Position numbers and translations under genes: made by a program
Part shown: piece after piece, positions 62,215-64,000 of the stretch
Numbering within the stretch: position 1 is the stretch's first letter
How the letters are laid out: the number at the start of each line of letters is the position of its first letter
From: Podarcis filfolensis
Lineage: Eukaryota
Assembly (NCBI GenBank): GCA_964270895.1
Contig: OZ185436.1
DNA: 64,000 nucleotides
Reading direction: 5' to 3' (one strand)
The notes under the pieces: model-generated
Database searches by the model: none
What the model was told of the DNA's origin: nothing
Seen by the model: the letters and a program-made list of their open reading frames with translations, nothing else

Positions 62215-62370
62215 AAGTCGGTGGGGTGGATAGAGTGCTGGACCTGGACTAGGGAGAGTTGAGTCAAATCTGCCGCAGAGCTCACGCATGGCCTTGGGCA
62301 AGCTGAACCTCTGCTCCGTGTACTCAGCCCTGAATTGCTTGGGATAAAGGTTGGGATGCAAAGGTGAAAA
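62215..62370 (+). mobile_element. Old tRNA-derived (MIR/Squam3-like) SINE remnant
   Basis: gtggatagagtgctggacctggactagggaga..gagtcaaatc..gccttgggcaagc; tRNA-like A/B boxes, decayed. Confidence 0.55.
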
Positions 62371-64000
62371 GTATACAGCCAGATAGGCTAACAGGCGTAC
62401 CTGGAACAGTCATGAAAACTATGCTTCCCATTCTTACTGACCTCAGGATTGTTTCAAACATTTGCAACTCCAGTTAGACACAGTTATAGATGATATCCAG
62501 AGCCAGTTCATTATGACCACCAGCTGTTAAGAGCAAGCAGCAGTGGCTGTCTCAGTCTTGTCTGGTTTGGCTTTAACAGAGACCATCCGGATGCCCATGG
62601 GAAGCTCAGGCTGCTGAGCTAGTTGGACAGTTACTAAGAATGTGAGAGAAGCTCTGCTGATCAGACTAAGTGCCCATCTAATCCAGCTTTCTACTTTCAG
62701 CAGTGACTTTCCAGATGTTTCTAGGAAACCCACCAACAGGGCAGGAGGCAGCAGCAGCACCTGGCCTGATCCTGCACGACAATTTTTACATTTTTGTGCT
62801 CCAAGCCCTCATAGTTCCCTGCCTTGAGAATATCCAAGTAGCATAGTCCCAAGATGATACCTAGCTCTCTCTCTCTAGTGGCAGCTATGTTTTATTGAAA
62901 AGCAACAAAAAGATCATATTAAAACAGGGTTTATTGAGAGAAAATCCTCGAACGTAAAATGTAACAAAATAAGTGTAAAAATAGCACACGCAATTCTTAG
63001 GTACCAGAGTTCTTTAAATTATCAGTCCCTTGGTAGTGATCTCCATCAGAGGGCCAAATGAGCCACTTGTTCACCACATTCGGTAAGCTGCATTTCAAGC
63101 ACAGGTGTTGTTTTCCCAGGGACAAAGCCACACTCTCCTTTTGTGGGCTGGTTGGGGAATCTCCCATATTCAGATACAGCTTGATTTTCTGGGTCAAGCT
63201 GCTTTGAAAAAGCATTTTAGCAACATTTCAAAAATTGTACATATAATATGAACCTAGCTGGGAGTCACTAAAGGGAAAATCTACAGGTGGAAGCCACAAG
63301 ATACCTAGAGTCTCTTTTCCTCCAAGAAACATCATTGAATGGAATTGTGATCACAGGACTAGCCAGTAATTTCAAGTGTATGTTCCATTGCAGCAATCTC
63401 AGTCTTGTAGCTTAACCTTTGGATTTAGGAAACCCGACATCGTATAAGATGGCTGTACTTTGATAAAAATAAATAAAATGCCCAAGCTTGTGTATAGAAC
63501 AGCAACACGCCTCCACCTCATGAATACACATGCAACTTGCTGCTATGCAGACCATGATCTAACTCGGTGAACATTTCTCACTGACTCAAGCTAGCCATGA
63601 GTGTGAAGTTGGCAGTTTCTTTTCATCCTGGACGGGTCCACACTCTGAAGGCAATACTGCCAACAAGGGACTGACTGACTCTGAATTGGGTGCTTTAATT
63701 TTCTGTCAGTTGTGTGTTTTTTTCTCGCTGGCACTCAGACTTTCTCAATTTAAGAGTGTTTTACGCTTTCCCAAGAGAGCCACAGTGGCGATGCAGGTGA
63801 TCTATGCTTTAAATAGAACATGCGGCTCTCCAGAGGGAGCATCATAGTGATTTGGGAGGGCACGGTGCCTTTTGAAGTAAGCATAAGATATTAGGTCTGT
63901 TGAGTGTGCTCATCACTGCAGGGTTCTTAGATCTGACCTGTTCAGTAGGAATGAAAACTGGTGATGGAAGCCCAGAATCTGGAGAGATTTAGAAACTGCA

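Overview
Vertebrate genomic DNA, most likely a squamate (lacertid-like lizard; inferred from the SINE, MITE, CR1, L2 and Penelope repeat complement). It holds two divergently transcribed genes that share a CpG-island promoter at about 10.1-11.75 kb. ZNF346/JAZ, a dsRNA-binding zinc-finger protein, is on the minus strand: coding exons 1-5 lie at 10465 to 4171, and the remaining exons were not found and probably lie left of the window. UIMC1/RAP80, a BRCA1-A complex subunit, is on the plus strand: a non-coding exon 1 plus 7 coding exons from 22127 to 59252, with the C-terminal zinc-finger exons not found and probably right of the window. All exon boundaries were read by hand; they are GT-AG and phase-consistent. 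The introns are full of nested transposons: hAT and Tc1/mariner MITEs with intact TSDs, tRNA-SINEs, CR1, L2, L1, Penelope-like fragments and a decayed hAT-related (hATm-like) transposase. I did not find a clearly new multi-gene system. The best leads are: (1) three Penelope-derived minimal hammerhead ribozyme motifs, all in the sense orientation of their host pre-mRNA, two of them forming a tandem pair split by an L1; (2) a single 1134-nt RAP80 exon whose middle, containing a PxVxL motif, appears to match an intron in human; (3) a transposase fossil of a type I recall mainly from invertebrates; (4) independent hAT insertions at the same site in two SINE copies; (5) an 85-bp near-perfect direct repeat flanking a RAP80 exon. 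Comparisons to human proteins, exon structures and repeat-family names are from memory and need database confirmation.
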